Virus record (IMG/VR): IMGVR_UViG_3300028498_000018
Direction: 5' to 3' (one strand)
DNA from: an uncultured virus (IMG/VR IMGVR_UViG_3300028498_000018)
Lineage: Duplodnaviria; Heunggongvirae; Uroviricota; Caudoviricetes
DNA: 64,000 nucleotides
Shown: piece by piece, positions 18,298-28,372 of the stretch
Layout of the letters: every line of letters begins with the position of its first letter
Numbering within the stretch: the stretch's first letter is position 1
Notes under the pieces: model-generated
Databases searched by the model: none
Told to the model about the DNA's origin: nothing
What the model saw: the letters and a program-made list of their open reading frames with translations, nothing else
Program-made: the position numbers and the translations under genes

Positions 18298-20502
18298 CTA
18301 GCCGCACGTTCCAGCGGAGGCTGTCAGCACGCCAGCGCAAGCGCCCGTTGCAGACGCCAGTACGCGGAACGGTGTCGCTGTTGGGGCCAGCGCGCAGGTG
18401 GCCCCGGTCAACACCGCGCGGTACTCATAGTTGCTTCCGATGGAGCCCGATGAGAACGTCAGCAAAGAGCCAATAGTCACAGAGGGGGTCGTGTAATTAA
18501 GCACCACTGCCCCGCCAACCTGAGCCACGCCATTATCGAAGAACGTCAACGTTAAGGTGGAGCCCGGCACCAGGCCAGTGGCAGTGAACTTTTGCTGAGC
18601 TGGCACCCCCGCGATAAACGCAGTGGTCATCATGCTCCAGTTAACGGCACAGGATGTAGGTACCGCGCTCAGAGGGGTACAGACATGCGTGAATGAAGCC
18701 ACGCCAAAGTCAGTGTTAACGGAACACACGTCAGGCTGGGGGGATGCCGGTTTCCAGACAGCAGTGCCCGCAGATGTGCAGATCCCCTTGGCGGATTCAC
18801 CGACGCCGTTGGCATCCGTCTTAATCTTGATGAGCGCGCCGGGGATAATCGTAGTGCCGTCAGCCTGGTACGCCTGGAACGCCATCGAACAATTCGGCGG
18901 GCCGCTTAGGACGCGAAGGCTAGACGCCTTACCCTCTACAACTGGGCTCGGGAACAGGTCCCACTGGGTCACGAACCCAGAGACATCGAAGTCTATGCGG
19001 GCGGGGGTGATCGAGCACGGAGTGCAAGAGCCAATCAGTGGCATCACGGGGCGGTAGTTATAGTCAGCGCCGACGGCCACCTTCGAAAACCGAAGAGCCA
19101 AGTTAGTCACTGACGGGTTCAAAGCGGTCAGGGTAGAGATTTCGCCATACGGCTCTAGCACGTTGCCGTTGTACAGCTGGAACTTAATGCCGCAGTTGGC
19201 TGGTAACCCTGTCGCGCTGAGCGTTTGATCGCCAGGCTGTCCAGCTCTAAACGATTTGTTTGAAAGGCTCCAGTTGATAGCGCACAACGGGGGAGCGACG
19301 ACATCGAAGTCAATGCGGTCAGGCTTGACGAAGCACGTACGCGTGGCACAGCTGCCGGAGAGCGGCAACTGGGGGCGGAAGTTGTAGTCAAGCCCAGCCG
19401 AGAACGCAGGGAACGTAAGGTAGCCTGGATTTGAAACCGGGTGTACATCGCTTAGGACGAGTATGCCAGCCTGAATGAGGGTGTTGCCGTCATACCAGTC
19501 AAACACGACAGAACATCCCTTCGGGATATTGAACGCGCTGTACTCTTGGAGGGACGGGGACTCAGCCGTAAACCGTTTTGTCTTTATGCTCCAGAAGATC
19601 GCACACGGATCTTTAAAGTTGGGCACGAACCGTTCGACATATGGTACACAAGGCGTACAGCCGGCAAGGCACGCGGTCTGCGTTGTGCGTGGCTTAAAGA
19701 TGACGTGCTGGTTAACGTCGGTGTCCTGGATCGTATACTCGGAATCGCCTTGCGGCAGATAGATCGACAACGGCACGGGCGGCGTAATGCCTGGCAGCAT
19801 GTAGCGGGTGGTGCCGTTAGAGTCAAACGCATCTAACACCAGTTGGGCGTCTGGGTCACAGCCCTCTGGCAGTCGCACACTGGTCCGCACTTTCGTACCG
19901 ACGGGAGCAATCGTGGGCTGCATCGTATAGCAGTACGTGCAACCAGGTTGGCCAGTGACGCTGATGGACGCAATGAAGTCTACGCAATCGCAGGTACAGC
20001 TGTTCTTGATGCTGAAGCGCACTTCGAGCGGAGTCTGGCGAACCTTGACTTGGCCGCTGATACGCACCATCCGGCCGACGATCTCTGCCTTCAGACAGTA
20101 TGGGACTGAGCCACCACACATCTCGAACGGGCCAGAGCCGCCAAGCGGGATCAGCGCGTAATACTCTTCGCCGTAAATAGCACCTGGTAGATCCATAGGC
20201 GGGATCGACACTTCGACACAGCCGCACGACGTGGTCCCTTCGGAACCGCCCATCGCGCCTACAATGATCGTCGCCGTGCAAGCAGGGCAGTTGGTCAGGA
20301 TCTCGAATACAGCTTCGAAGTTGATGTAGGCTTCGGTGACAGTGCCGTTGATGATCAGCTGGTTGCCGATTATCTTGGCTGCGAGGCCAGCGGGTAAGTC
20401 GTACTTACCTAGCTCGAACGGACCTGTGCCCGTGAGGCTGATGGCTTCGTTATATCGGACGCCTATTGCGGCGGTCGGCAGGACGACATTGACCGTTGAC
20501 AT
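18298..20502 (-). CDS. Cys-rich multidomain Ig-like virion protein
   Basis: Two LP.A..G..Y...I.L.G.GPF domains, then repeats starting CAIFWS, CAINWS, CAVNWS; about 31 Cys by hand count. Confidence 0.75.
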   Translation of the reverse strand: MSTVNVVLPTAAIGVRYNEAISLTGTGPFELGKYDLPAGLAAKIIGNQLIINGTVTEAYINFEAVFEILTNCPACTATIIVGAMGGSEGTTSCGCVEVSIPPMDLPGAIYGEEYYALIPLGGSGPFEMCGGSVPYCLKAEIVGRMVRISGQVKVRQTPLEVRFSIKNSCTCDCVDFIASISVTGQPGCTYCYTMQPTIAPVGTKVRTSVRLPEGCDPDAQLVLDAFDSNGTTRYMLPGITPPVPLSIYLPQGDSEYTIQDTDVNQHVIFKPRTTQTACLAGCTPCVPYVERFVPNFKDPCAIFWSIKTKRFTAESPSLQEYSAFNIPKGCSVVFDWYDGNTLIQAGILVLSDVHPVSNPGYLTFPAFSAGLDYNFRPQLPLSGSCATRTCFVKPDRIDFDVVAPPLCAINWSLSNKSFRAGQPGDQTLSATGLPANCGIKFQLYNGNVLEPYGEISTLTALNPSVTNLALRFSKVAVGADYNYRPVMPLIGSCTPCSITPARIDFDVSGFVTQWDLFPSPVVEGKASSLRVLSGPPNCSMAFQAYQADGTTIIPGALIKIKTDANGVGESAKGICTSAGTAVWKPASPQPDVCSVNTDFGVASFTHVCTPLSAVPTSCAVNWSMMTTAFIAGVPAQQKFTATGLVPGSTLTLTFFDNGVAQVGGAVVLNYTTPSVTIGSLLTFSSGSIGSNYEYRAVLTGATCALAPTATPFRVLASATGACAGVLTASAGTCG

Positions 20503-21122
20503 TAAACAATGGCTCCCGTAGGTATGCAGTATATGAGGCGTTGGTTGGTCTCAAACTTGCCGCCGCAGTTAATGATTGCGATCTGCACAGAGTCACCATC
20601 CGCAGGGCTTCCCGGAATACCAGACAAGACAAGGGAGGTACCCGTCGTGGCCCCTGTGGGGGTAACGGTCATCCATGCCGGCTTCTTCAGCACAGTGACT
20701 GTGGCCGGGGAAGTGCCCGCCCAAGCGATCGCGTGAGAGTAGGGGATGCCCGACTCAGGGGACGGGAGCACTGAGCCAGCTAAGACGCTGAGCGGCATAC
20801 ACCCGAGGGGGCCGCCGCAGTCGCCGCTACTGATCAGGTCACAAATAGTTGCAGTTGTAATGACGTACGAGACGCAAGACCCAGCAGCGAACGCTCGGGC
20901 CGATGTGCCCTCTTGAGCCCGCGTAACAATCGGGTTGTCACCAGTACAGCCAGTGACGTACACCAGCTCTTCGTACACGCCGTCACTGATCTTCAGCTTC
21001 GAGGTTCTGGCCCCGAGGCGCACACATAGCGATGCACCGTTCGTAACCGGCAACACTAGGGCTGCCGCGCTGATACCGGTGGTCAGCTCTTCTGATACCC
21101 GGTCAAGGCCAATGAACGACAT
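20502..21122 (-). CDS. virion structural protein (spike-base-like N-terminus + Ig-like domain)
   Basis: EELVYVT...VTRAQEGTSARAFAAG; KPAWMTV...LSGIP. Confidence 0.7.
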   Translation of the reverse strand: MSFIGLDRVSEELTTGISAAALVLPVTNGASLCVRLGARTSKLKISDGVYEELVYVTGCTGDNPIVTRAQEGTSARAFAAGSCVSYVITTATICDLISSGDCGGPLGCMPLSVLAGSVLPSPESGIPYSHAIAWAGTSPATVTVLKKPAWMTVTPTGATTGTSLVLSGIPGSPADGDSVQIAIINCGGKFETNQRLIYCIPTGAIV

Positions 21123-21146
21123 ATAACAAATCTCCGTTGATACTTG

Positions 21147-21176
21147 ATGTTAAGTAAAACGACGGCTATAAGTCAA
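21147..21176 (-). promoter_or_regulatory. putative late promoter (18-bp spacer class)
   Basis: TTGACT-TATAGCC-N11-TAACAT. Confidence 0.55.
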
Positions 21177-21205
21177 TTCATAACCCGTCCGGGCCGTTGC
21201 CCCGT

Positions 21206-21847
21206 TTAGTAGGTAGATACCTCGGCCACCTCTACAGTGATGTAGGCCGTAACCACACCGCCCGCGCCCATTGCTGTGTCGTTAAGGATGTTGATGCCTT
21301 CATTGGCGGCGAGCAGAATCGGGTAGTCGCCCGTGTTGTGTGAAAACAGATTGTCTGGTGTCGCTGGTAACGTTGCACCGATCGCGCCTGCCCAGAACCC
21401 CGTCAGCCCGATACGAACAGCGTCTAAGGTCTTAGTGCCTACCGTCAGTGCCGCAGCGGCAGAAATCCTACAGTCCAAAGAGGACGGCGTAGCTAGACTG
21501 GTGCGGTGCTTACCGTTACTGCCCGATACAGCCAAGGCGGTGCCTGCTGTGTCTGACGCGGTAAAACCCCTTGCCACGATTAGGCCGAAGTCAAGTTTCT
21601 GTGCCGCAGTAAACGCGGTGGTGACAACCGCTCCGATGCCCACCCGCCGTACCATGAGCATATTGGTGCCGGTGTTACGAAGGCTGAAGATCGCGCCTAG
21701 CACGCCCACGCCGGTCATGGCCCCGGTTGGTGCTGATAGGGACACCCACGATAGGACTTCGGGAGGGCGCACTGTTACGCGGCCTGCCCTGAATGTGGAC
21801 TCTACTTCCGGGACTACGCCGGAGAACCCTTGCGGTTGGAATGGCAT
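21206..21847 (-). CDS. virion fibre-associated protein (distal member of cassette 2)
   Basis: Beta-rich Gly/Ala/Thr composition; tightly coupled to fibre genes. Confidence 0.6.
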   Translation of the reverse strand: MPFQPQGFSGVVPEVESTFRAGRVTVRPPEVLSWVSLSAPTGAMTGVGVLGAIFSLRNTGTNMLMVRRVGIGAVVTTAFTAAQKLDFGLIVARGFTASDTAGTALAVSGSNGKHRTSLATPSSLDCRISAAAALTVGTKTLDAVRIGLTGFWAGAIGATLPATPDNLFSHNTGDYPILLAANEGINILNDTAMGAGGVVTAYITVEVAEVSTY

Positions 21848-21849
21848 GG

Positions 21850-22341
21850 CTAATAACTCCAGTTTAAATTAAATTTACCGTAGGTCACAGGCCCCCTGCC
21901 CACTACAGACGGTGCTTCGGGCTCTAAGGCCACTGCCGTGATCGTGAACCCTGTGCCCGCCACGATGGCCGTCACATATATCTGAGGTGCTATGAGGAAA
22001 TGCTCGTCAATCGAGTGGTCTGGTGTAACTGCTGGTGACACCCAAGCTATCGCGTTTGAGGTGCTTAAAATTGCGGTCTGCCCCGTGACGGCCACAGACG
22101 CTGAGTCTGTGCCGGGGAACGGCCCGAAGTCCACCGTCGCCACTCCACTGCCGCCCGTAGCTCCAGACACAGTAATGGTTACGTCCCCTGTCCCCGCATC
22201 GGGGCCTGTCGAGGACATCGTGATGCCTGCCCCGGCGATGACCTTGCGGAGCACAGCACTGCCCGCTGTAGCAGCGTCTAAGTCTGTGCGCTGGATGCTG
22301 CCATCAGTTACTTGGCTGCCTGAGAGCTGCGTGCGGGCCAT
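21850..22341 (-). CDS. fibre protein C2 (N-terminal plug-2 motif)
   Basis: MARTQLSGSQVTDGSI; VIAGAGITMSSTG...GDVTITV fibre motif. Confidence 0.65.
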   Translation of the reverse strand: MARTQLSGSQVTDGSIQRTDLDAATAGSAVLRKVIAGAGITMSSTGPDAGTGDVTITVSGATGGSGVATVDFGPFPGTDSASVAVTGQTAILSTSNAIAWVSPAVTPDHSIDEHFLIAPQIYVTAIVAGTGFTITAVALEPEAPSVVGRGPVTYGKFNLNWSY

Positions 22342-22343
22342 GA

Positions 22344-22577
22344 CTACTTCTTCCGTCTAGCGACAGCCTGCTCGCGCAGAGCTGCCACATCCGCATCTCG
22401 CGCCACTACACGAGCGCGTAGCCCGTCGTTCTCGGCGATGAGGCGGTTGAGTTCAAGGAGTGCTGCCTTAAACTTGAGCTGGGTCTGTACCACCAGCACG
22501 CTGAGCTGCCCGATCTCGTTGCCCAGGTGCTCAACTACATCACCCGGTACCAGCTGCACATCATCAATTGGCGTCAT
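22344..22577 (-). CDS. small coiled-coil protein, possible fibre chaperone
   Basis: Heptad pattern; embedded in fibre cassette. Confidence 0.55.
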   Translation of the reverse strand: MTPIDDVQLVPGDVVEHLGNEIGQLSVLVVQTQLKFKAALLELNRLIAENDGLRARVVARDADVAALREQAVARRKK

Positions 22578-22579
22578 GA

Positions 22580-23665
22580 TTACTTGAAGTAGTCCGCCAA
22601 CAGCTGGTCACCCGTCGTTGGGGCAAACAGCATGGTGATCGCTGTGCCTGCGATGGTGTAGTCATTGCCCGCGCCCGACTTCAGGCGCTGCCCGTTTTGG
22701 TACAGCGCTAGGCTGGCTACCTGTGGGGCAAACCCCAGCGTAAACGCGGTGTTCGTGCTGTTGACTACGCCGGTTGGCACTTCGCTGTTAACGATGTTCC
22801 CATACTTGAGGAACCCCGTGCCTGCTGTAACGTTGACTGTGGCCGCGCCTGTTGAGCTGAACGTCACATCACCCGAAATAGTGGTGGCCGCAAACGCATT
22901 AGCTGCACCTGCAAGCAGCAGTTGGCCCGGTGTGCCGTCGGTTACTTTCACGCCGCTCGCGCTGACGTTAAGGCTCGTGCCGTTGGCCACCACCTGAATA
23001 TTATTTGTGCCATCAAAGCCGACACCGTTGCCCAACTTGGCCGAGAACGCGCTGCCCGTGAGCAGGATGCCGTTGCCTGCCGTGTAGGTGGCACCCGTGG
23101 TGTCCTGCGTGATGCTGACCGCTGTGGTGTCCACAACAATCGTGCCGTCTGTGATGGTGGTCCACTTGGTATCGGCCTTGGAGGTGCCGTCCGTGACATA
23201 GAACAGAGCAGGCTTCTGCGAAGACGCTGCGGCCCAGTAAGCGGGGCGGGTCCATGCACTTGCAGACACCACCCAAGGGCCGTTCTGCGAAGTGGTTGTC
23301 TGCGCGGTCAACAGGATCACGTCTGCCGCAACAAAGGTCACGCCATCGTTGGTCGGCAGCCCGGTCAGAGCTTGGTTGGTGGTGGCCGCGCCTCGGACGC
23401 GGGCGACGACACCGATACCCGACATCATGGCCTGTGCGGTGCGGATATTGACGGCATCTTGTGGGTTCACGCCGTCGGCCAACGATGTCAGCGAAAAGTT
23501 GCCCATGCTTTGACTAGCGGTAAAGGCTACCGTGCCGCCGCGCTGGATAAAGTTCGCTCCGTCCGCAAGCTGCGACGTAGCTAGACCTAGCGAGGAAACA
23601 AACTTGGCTGCGTTAATCGACGCATCAAGGATTTGGGTGCTGCCGCGAATTAGGGACTGTGACAA
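22580..23665 (-). CDS. fibre protein B2 (plug-2 N-terminus, socket-2 C-terminus)
   Basis: LADGVNPQDAVN, ILLTAQTTTSQNGPWVV...WTR, YTAGNGILLTG; C-terminal LYQNG...DYTI...GDQLLADY; TTG start with AGGAG RBS. Confidence 0.75.
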   Translation of the reverse strand: MSQSLIRGSTQILDASINAAKFVSSLGLATSQLADGANFIQRGGTVAFTASQSMGNFSLTSLADGVNPQDAVNIRTAQAMMSGIGVVARVRGAATTNQALTGLPTNDGVTFVAADVILLTAQTTTSQNGPWVVSASAWTRPAYWAAASSQKPALFYVTDGTSKADTKWTTITDGTIVVDTTAVSITQDTTGATYTAGNGILLTGSAFSAKLGNGVGFDGTNNIQVVANGTSLNVSASGVKVTDGTPGQLLLAGAANAFAATTISGDVTFSSTGAATVNVTAGTGFLKYGNIVNSEVPTGVVNSTNTAFTLGFAPQVASLALYQNGQRLKSGAGNDYTIAGTAITMLFAPTTGDQLLADYFK

Positions 23666-23682
23666 GATATTCTCCTGAACGG

Positions 23683-24144
23683 TTAACTGTGGAAGACGTA
23701 GGCCCCTATCACGTCTCCGGCCATTATAGCCAGAGAAGCCGAGTATGTTATATCCGGCGTTTCAAACGTGAAACTGTTGGCTGGCTGTATGAGCCCGTTG
23801 ATAGTGACAAACAACACTGAGGTGACAATGCCCGATACGGTCGCCGTCTGGACACCATCTGTAGACGCGACCCATTCTTGTAACTGGGCCGTTCCTGAAA
23901 CCGGCCCTGTGCCTGTGCCTGTACCTGGAGCCGGGGTGGGGCTTGTGCCGGGGGGACCCGGAGGGCCGGGCGGACCAGGCTCTCCTGGAGCTGGCGTCCC
24001 GATAAACGTGACTATGTCTCCAAGGTATACCCTCTTGGTCAAACCGCCTTGGTACAGAAGCATCTTCTCGGTGCCGGTCAGCGTTCCAGCTTGAGGTAGC
24101 TCCCCGATTGACACTCCTACTTTATTGCCGCACTTATCACGCAT
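23683..24144 (-). CDS. fibre anchor protein A2 (shared N-terminus + collagen + socket-2)
   Basis: MRDKCGNKVGVSIGELP...; GEPGPPGPPGPPG; VTINGLIQ...GDVIGAY. Confidence 0.7.
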   Translation of the reverse strand: MRDKCGNKVGVSIGELPQAGTLTGTEKMLLYQGGLTKRVYLGDIVTFIGTPAPGEPGPPGPPGPPGTSPTPAPGTGTGTGPVSGTAQLQEWVASTDGVQTATVSGIVTSVLFVTINGLIQPANSFTFETPDITYSASLAIMAGDVIGAYVFHS

Positions 24145-24180
24145 TTATATATCCCGGTTCATACCGCCGAAGGCGACGTG

Positions 24181-25155
24181 TTAGCGGAGGATTTCTCTCC
24201 ACTGAAGTGCTGGCAAGTCAGCGGCTCCGACCCACTGATTTTCGCCTTCGAGTATACCCTGGTAATTGAAGCCAACAATGAAAGATATGTCATCGTGCAT
24301 GGGCTCTATCGCCCGCATAGCGCTTTTCAGATTGTTCCGCAGCAGGCCCACAAGCTCCGGCTTGGTGGTGGCCGTTTCTACGATTACGGTGAGCTTCTGG
24401 TTCGGGAGCTTTTTGGCGTACAGCATCGACAGCATTTGCTTCCAGCTATAAGTTGAGCCGCCGCCCGTGGCGTCCAGGTCACCGCTCACGTAGGTGACCG
24501 GGTAGTAGTCGAAAGCCACAGTGTCCGCCAGCGCAAAACAAGGCCACGTGCCGGTGGAAAACGCCAAGTACGAGTAGACAATCAGCACGGGCGGACTGTA
24601 CCCAAAAACCTCTACGCTCACTTCGCGCATGATCTTTATCGCCTCAGCAAATAGAGCCCCGTCCACGTTTCTTATATCGGGTTCATCGACCAAGGTGTAG
24701 GCGAGGATCTGGCCGAACTGGGCCTGAGTCAACTTCTGCAACGCAGCCTTGAGGGTGACCCTCGCGTTGTCGGGGATAAACCAGGGGCTGTCAGCGCCGC
24801 CGCGGGTATTGAATGCAATACCGTACTCCACCACGGCTGGGCGTTGCAGCATCTCCGCCACGTAGTCGCCGTTACCGTGAGCCACGATCCAGTCAAAGTC
24901 CGCTTGCGGGACGATGTGCTCGTACTTATTGATCGGCGTCCACCACCAGCTGTGTGTCATGAAGAACCCGACTGGCCTCCTGTTCCTAACGGGCACTGGC
25001 GGGATTACCGGGGAGGGGGTAACAGGAGGGGACGGCGGAGCGGGCCGAACCGGCGAAGGTGCTACGCTCGGGTTGACATTTACAACTGGCTGGTTGTTGC
25101 TGCAGCCAGACATAGCTAGCAACAGGACAGCTGGAAGGGTGTATTTGTGGCTCAT
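24181..25155 (-). CDS. lipoprotein with Pro-rich linker and putative glycoside hydrolase (TIM-barrel) domain
   Basis: Lipobox MSGC; YTLVDEPD, DTVAFDYYP, VIVET. Confidence 0.6.
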   Translation of the reverse strand: MSHKYTLPAVLLLAMSGCSNNQPVVNVNPSVAPSPVRPAPPSPPVTPSPVIPPVPVRNRRPVGFFMTHSWWWTPINKYEHIVPQADFDWIVAHGNGDYVAEMLQRPAVVEYGIAFNTRGGADSPWFIPDNARVTLKAALQKLTQAQFGQILAYTLVDEPDIRNVDGALFAEAIKIMREVSVEVFGYSPPVLIVYSYLAFSTGTWPCFALADTVAFDYYPVTYVSGDLDATGGGSTYSWKQMLSMLYAKKLPNQKLTVIVETATTKPELVGLLRNNLKSAMRAIEPMHDDISFIVGFNYQGILEGENQWVGAADLPALQWREILR

Positions 25156-25157
25156 GG

Positions 25158-28100
25158 TTACCCTACAAACCAGCCTGCGCCATCGGAATACACAGGCACT
25201 TTAATGGAGCCGCCGCCTGTGACTGCTGCGCCGAAAGCCATAGTGAGTGCATCGGTTACGAACCCTCTAGCGCCAACACCTACTGCGCTGGCTGTAGGAA
25301 GCCCCGCTACGGTGGTAGCAGCGGTTTTAATTGTGCCATTAACGTCTAGCTTGTTGGTTGGGTTGGTTAGTCCTATACCGACGTTGCCCGCGTAATCGAT
25401 CCTCATTCGCTCTGACGGAGCCGCTACAGTCCCCGTACGAAAGACAATGTTTGACGAGCTATCAGCGGAAAACGCATCTACGCGAGTTGACCGGACGCCA
25501 GTAGCAAACGAAAGGCCGTTGTAGTACAACCCCCCATCTTGAAACTGCATACCAATACGTCTGTTCTCCGTCCAGTCCACCGTGATGTTTCCGGTAACGT
25601 CTAGAGTTGTTCTCGGCGTGGTCGTGCCTATGCCGACGTTGCCCGCCTGCGAATTGATGACCATTCGGGTCGTCATCCCGCCACCGTTGTCTCTAGTCTT
25701 AAACTTTAGGATTCCGCCGTAGTTACCGTCTACTGCGTCTTCTTTGACGCCTGAGATTTCAGCCCAACCTGTTTTGGTCGTGCCGGTATAGTTTCCGCCG
25801 AATAAAATCCCCCCACCGACCCCCGCCCCTAGCGCATCAGTCGAGTACAGGTTCAGGAGCGCATCGTAGTTTGAGCCGGGTAGGAAGCGTGAGCCGTAGA
25901 CGGTCAAAGCCATATCGGGCGTAGTCGTACCTATACCGACGTTACCAGCAGCGTTGATCCGCACCCTCTCTGTGGTGTCTTCTGTAGAACCTGATCTAGT
26001 TCCGAACGCCAAGTACCCCAGAGTGGACGTGCTCTCTGATTCATTCCCAGCAAAAATGTCAGCCATTACCCCCGTAGTGCCGGAATCGTTAGGAGAGCGA
26101 TTAAACCTAAGAGCGGTAGCAGCAGTACCTTGCCCGGCTCCGTACCCGTACGGGTTATTTAAATTGGCGGCTATTACTTTTCCGGCGGCGGTGGCGGATT
26201 TAATACTTAGCTTAAAAATTGGTGTCGTCGTACCTATGCCGACGTTGCCCGCAGCGTCGATGGTCATTGAGGTGGCTAAACCTGTGCCGCGACGGAAAAT
26301 CGTCGCAGACCCTGCGCCTGTGTCACCAGCGTTTATGTAGAGTCCATTGGCCTGCTGAAATGAAGATGTGCCGGTGACATCCTCAATTTGAATTTGGGGG
26401 GCGCTTGAGCTGTCTTTGACATGCAATCTACGCCCCGGCGTTGTCGCCCCTATGCCGACGTTGCCTGAAGCATCCACGTTAATACGCTGATTGCCCGCAC
26501 CGTCTGCAATGATGACGTTATTAGATAGCCCTGCTGCCAGCCCTGTGACGTTGGCTCCGATGATGGTGTTGCTAATGCCGGTGGTGATGCCGCGTCCGGT
26601 GTTGTAGCCCAGAGCCGTGTTGGCTGTGCCCGTGGTCACATCGTACAGGGCGGTCGTACCAATAGCGATGTTGCCCCCGCCCGTCGTCGCGTTTTGTAAG
26701 GCGTTTGACCCGAGGGCTAGGGTGCCGGTGGCAGTAGTAATGTTAAGAGCGGCGTAATACCCGATGCCTATATTCCCGTTACCAGTGCTGTTTTGAAGCG
26801 CTACGGTGCCGATGGCAATTGAGCCCCCGCTGCCGCTGTTTGCATACAGCGCCGATGCCCCGATGGCTACGTTGTCTGTGCCGGTGGTATTACTGTAAGC
26901 CGCATTTGTCCCGAAGGACACATTGTTGGTGCCAGTGGTGTTACTGATGGAGGCTGCATACCCCACGGCGGTGTTACTGGAGGCTGTGTTACCCTGAAGC
27001 GCGGCGTGTCCAATTGCCGTACAGAAATTGCCAGTCAGGTTGTAGTAGTTGGCGTTGACGCCAACGCCCACGTTGCCTGTGCCGGTGGTGTTACTAAACA
27101 CAGCTTGGAAGCCGACAGCCACGTTGTTGCTAGAGGTGTTGTTCTGAAGAGCTGCATACCCCACGGACACGTTCTGAACGCCTGTTGTGTTGGAATAGGA
27201 GGCGTTAATGCCCACAGCGGTGTTCGCTGTTCCTGTTGTGTTGGAAAAGCTAGACTGATAACCGACTGCTGTATTGTTATGCGCGGTGTTGTTTTGTAGC
27301 GCGGCAAAGCCAAGGGCGGTGATGTTAGTGCCTGTCAGGTTTGAGTAAGCGGCATACGCGCCCGCAGAAACGTTGTTGCCACCTGTAGTGGTGGAATACC
27401 CGGCGTTAAACCCAAACGCTGTGTTGTTTGATGTTGTGTTATTTTGGAGGGCGCTAAACCCGAGCGAGGTGTTGTTATTGCCCGTTAAGTTGTAGCGAGA
27501 AGCGTTGGTTCCGACGGCGGTGTTGTTAGTGCCTGTAGTGTTCGCCGTACTGGTCTGAAAGCCATACGCCGTGTTGTTGCTCGCCGTATTGGCTTGGAGG
27601 CTTGCTTGCCCAGATGCCGTGTTAGCGCTGCCCGCGAGATTGTTGCGTAGGGCGTTTGATCCAACAGCTACGTTGCTATCACCTGTGTAGTTTTCCCGGC
27701 TTGCGTTGGTGCCGAGTGCGGTGTTGTAGGAAGATGTGTTGCTCTGAAGAGCGGCGCTGCCTACGGCTACGTTCTGGGAGCCTGTTGTGTTGCTGAATGA
27801 GGCGTTCGATCCGACTGCCACATTGCTGTTGCCTGTGCTATTGCTGGTACTTGCGTTAGCCCCAACCGCCGTGTTGTTGCTGGCAGTGTTTTGCGCCAAC
27901 GCCCCGGACCCGATAGCGACGAGTTTACTGCCTAGTGAGTTATACCCAGCAGCGTTGTAGCCTACGGCCACATTCTGCACCCCAGCAGTGGTGTTTTGTA
28001 GCGCACTATTCCCAAACGCGGAATTTGAGCCTCCCGTGGTGTTTGCGGCTAACGCAAGATTCCCCACTGCTGTGTTATCGAACACAGCCCCCGCGCCCAA

Positions 28101-28370
28101 TCCCACCCGTACGGTGTTGACCACGAGGTCGCCCGCCGTGGTGTAGGTGAGGCCAGTCGAGGCTGACAGCGCCCCTCCTGTGTTGACTTGCACCTGCCCG
28201 GTTGCCCCAGCAGCGCCCAGCAAATCGCTGGTCATCGCCACCGTCCCGCTTTTGTCGGGTAGGGTGGCCGTCCTCGGCACAGTCAGACCAGCCGCGTCTA
28301 TAACGGCTTTGCCTTTCCCTATGCCGAAGGTGGCGCTCGTGGTTCCGAGCAGGTCAGTCCAGAACCCCAT
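25158..28370 (-). CDS. long fibre / adhesin C1
   Basis: Many NxAxGxxAL/AS..NTTG beta-roll repeats, repeated GNVGIGTTTP units, C-terminal VTDA...VPVYSDG..W. Confidence 0.85.
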   Translation of the reverse strand: MGFWTDLLGTTSATFGIGKGKAVIDAAGLTVPRTATLPDKSGTVAMTSDLLGAAGATGQVQVNTGGALSASTGLTYTTAGDLVVNTVRVGLGAGAVFDNTAVGNLALAANTTGGSNSAFGNSALQNTTAGVQNVAVGYNAAGYNSLGSKLVAIGSGALAQNTASNNTAVGANASTSNSTGNSNVAVGSNASFSNTTGSQNVAVGSAALQSNTSSYNTALGTNASRENYTGDSNVAVGSNALRNNLAGSANTASGQASLQANTASNNTAYGFQTSTANTTGTNNTAVGTNASRYNLTGNNNTSLGFSALQNNTTSNNTAFGFNAGYSTTTGGNNVSAGAYAAYSNLTGTNITALGFAALQNNTAHNNTAVGYQSSFSNTTGTANTAVGINASYSNTTGVQNVSVGYAALQNNTSSNNVAVGFQAVFSNTTGTGNVGVGVNANYYNLTGNFCTAIGHAALQGNTASSNTAVGYAASISNTTGTNNVSFGTNAAYSNTTGTDNVAIGASALYANSGSGGSIAIGTVALQNSTGNGNIGIGYYAALNITTATGTLALGSNALQNATTGGGNIAIGTTALYDVTTGTANTALGYNTGRGITTGISNTIIGANVTGLAAGLSNNVIIADGAGNQRINVDASGNVGIGATTPGRRLHVKDSSSAPQIQIEDVTGTSSFQQANGLYINAGDTGAGSATIFRRGTGLATSMTIDAAGNVGIGTTTPIFKLSIKSATAAGKVIAANLNNPYGYGAGQGTAATALRFNRSPNDSGTTGVMADIFAGNESESTSTLGYLAFGTRSGSTEDTTERVRINAAGNVGIGTTTPDMALTVYGSRFLPGSNYDALLNLYSTDALGAGVGGGILFGGNYTGTTKTGWAEISGVKEDAVDGNYGGILKFKTRDNGGGMTTRMVINSQAGNVGIGTTTPRTTLDVTGNITVDWTENRRIGMQFQDGGLYYNGLSFATGVRSTRVDAFSADSSSNIVFRTGTVAAPSERMRIDYAGNVGIGLTNPTNKLDVNGTIKTAATTVAGLPTASAVGVGARGFVTDALTMAFGAAVTGGGSIKVPVYSDGAGWFVG

Positions 28371-28372
28371 GA

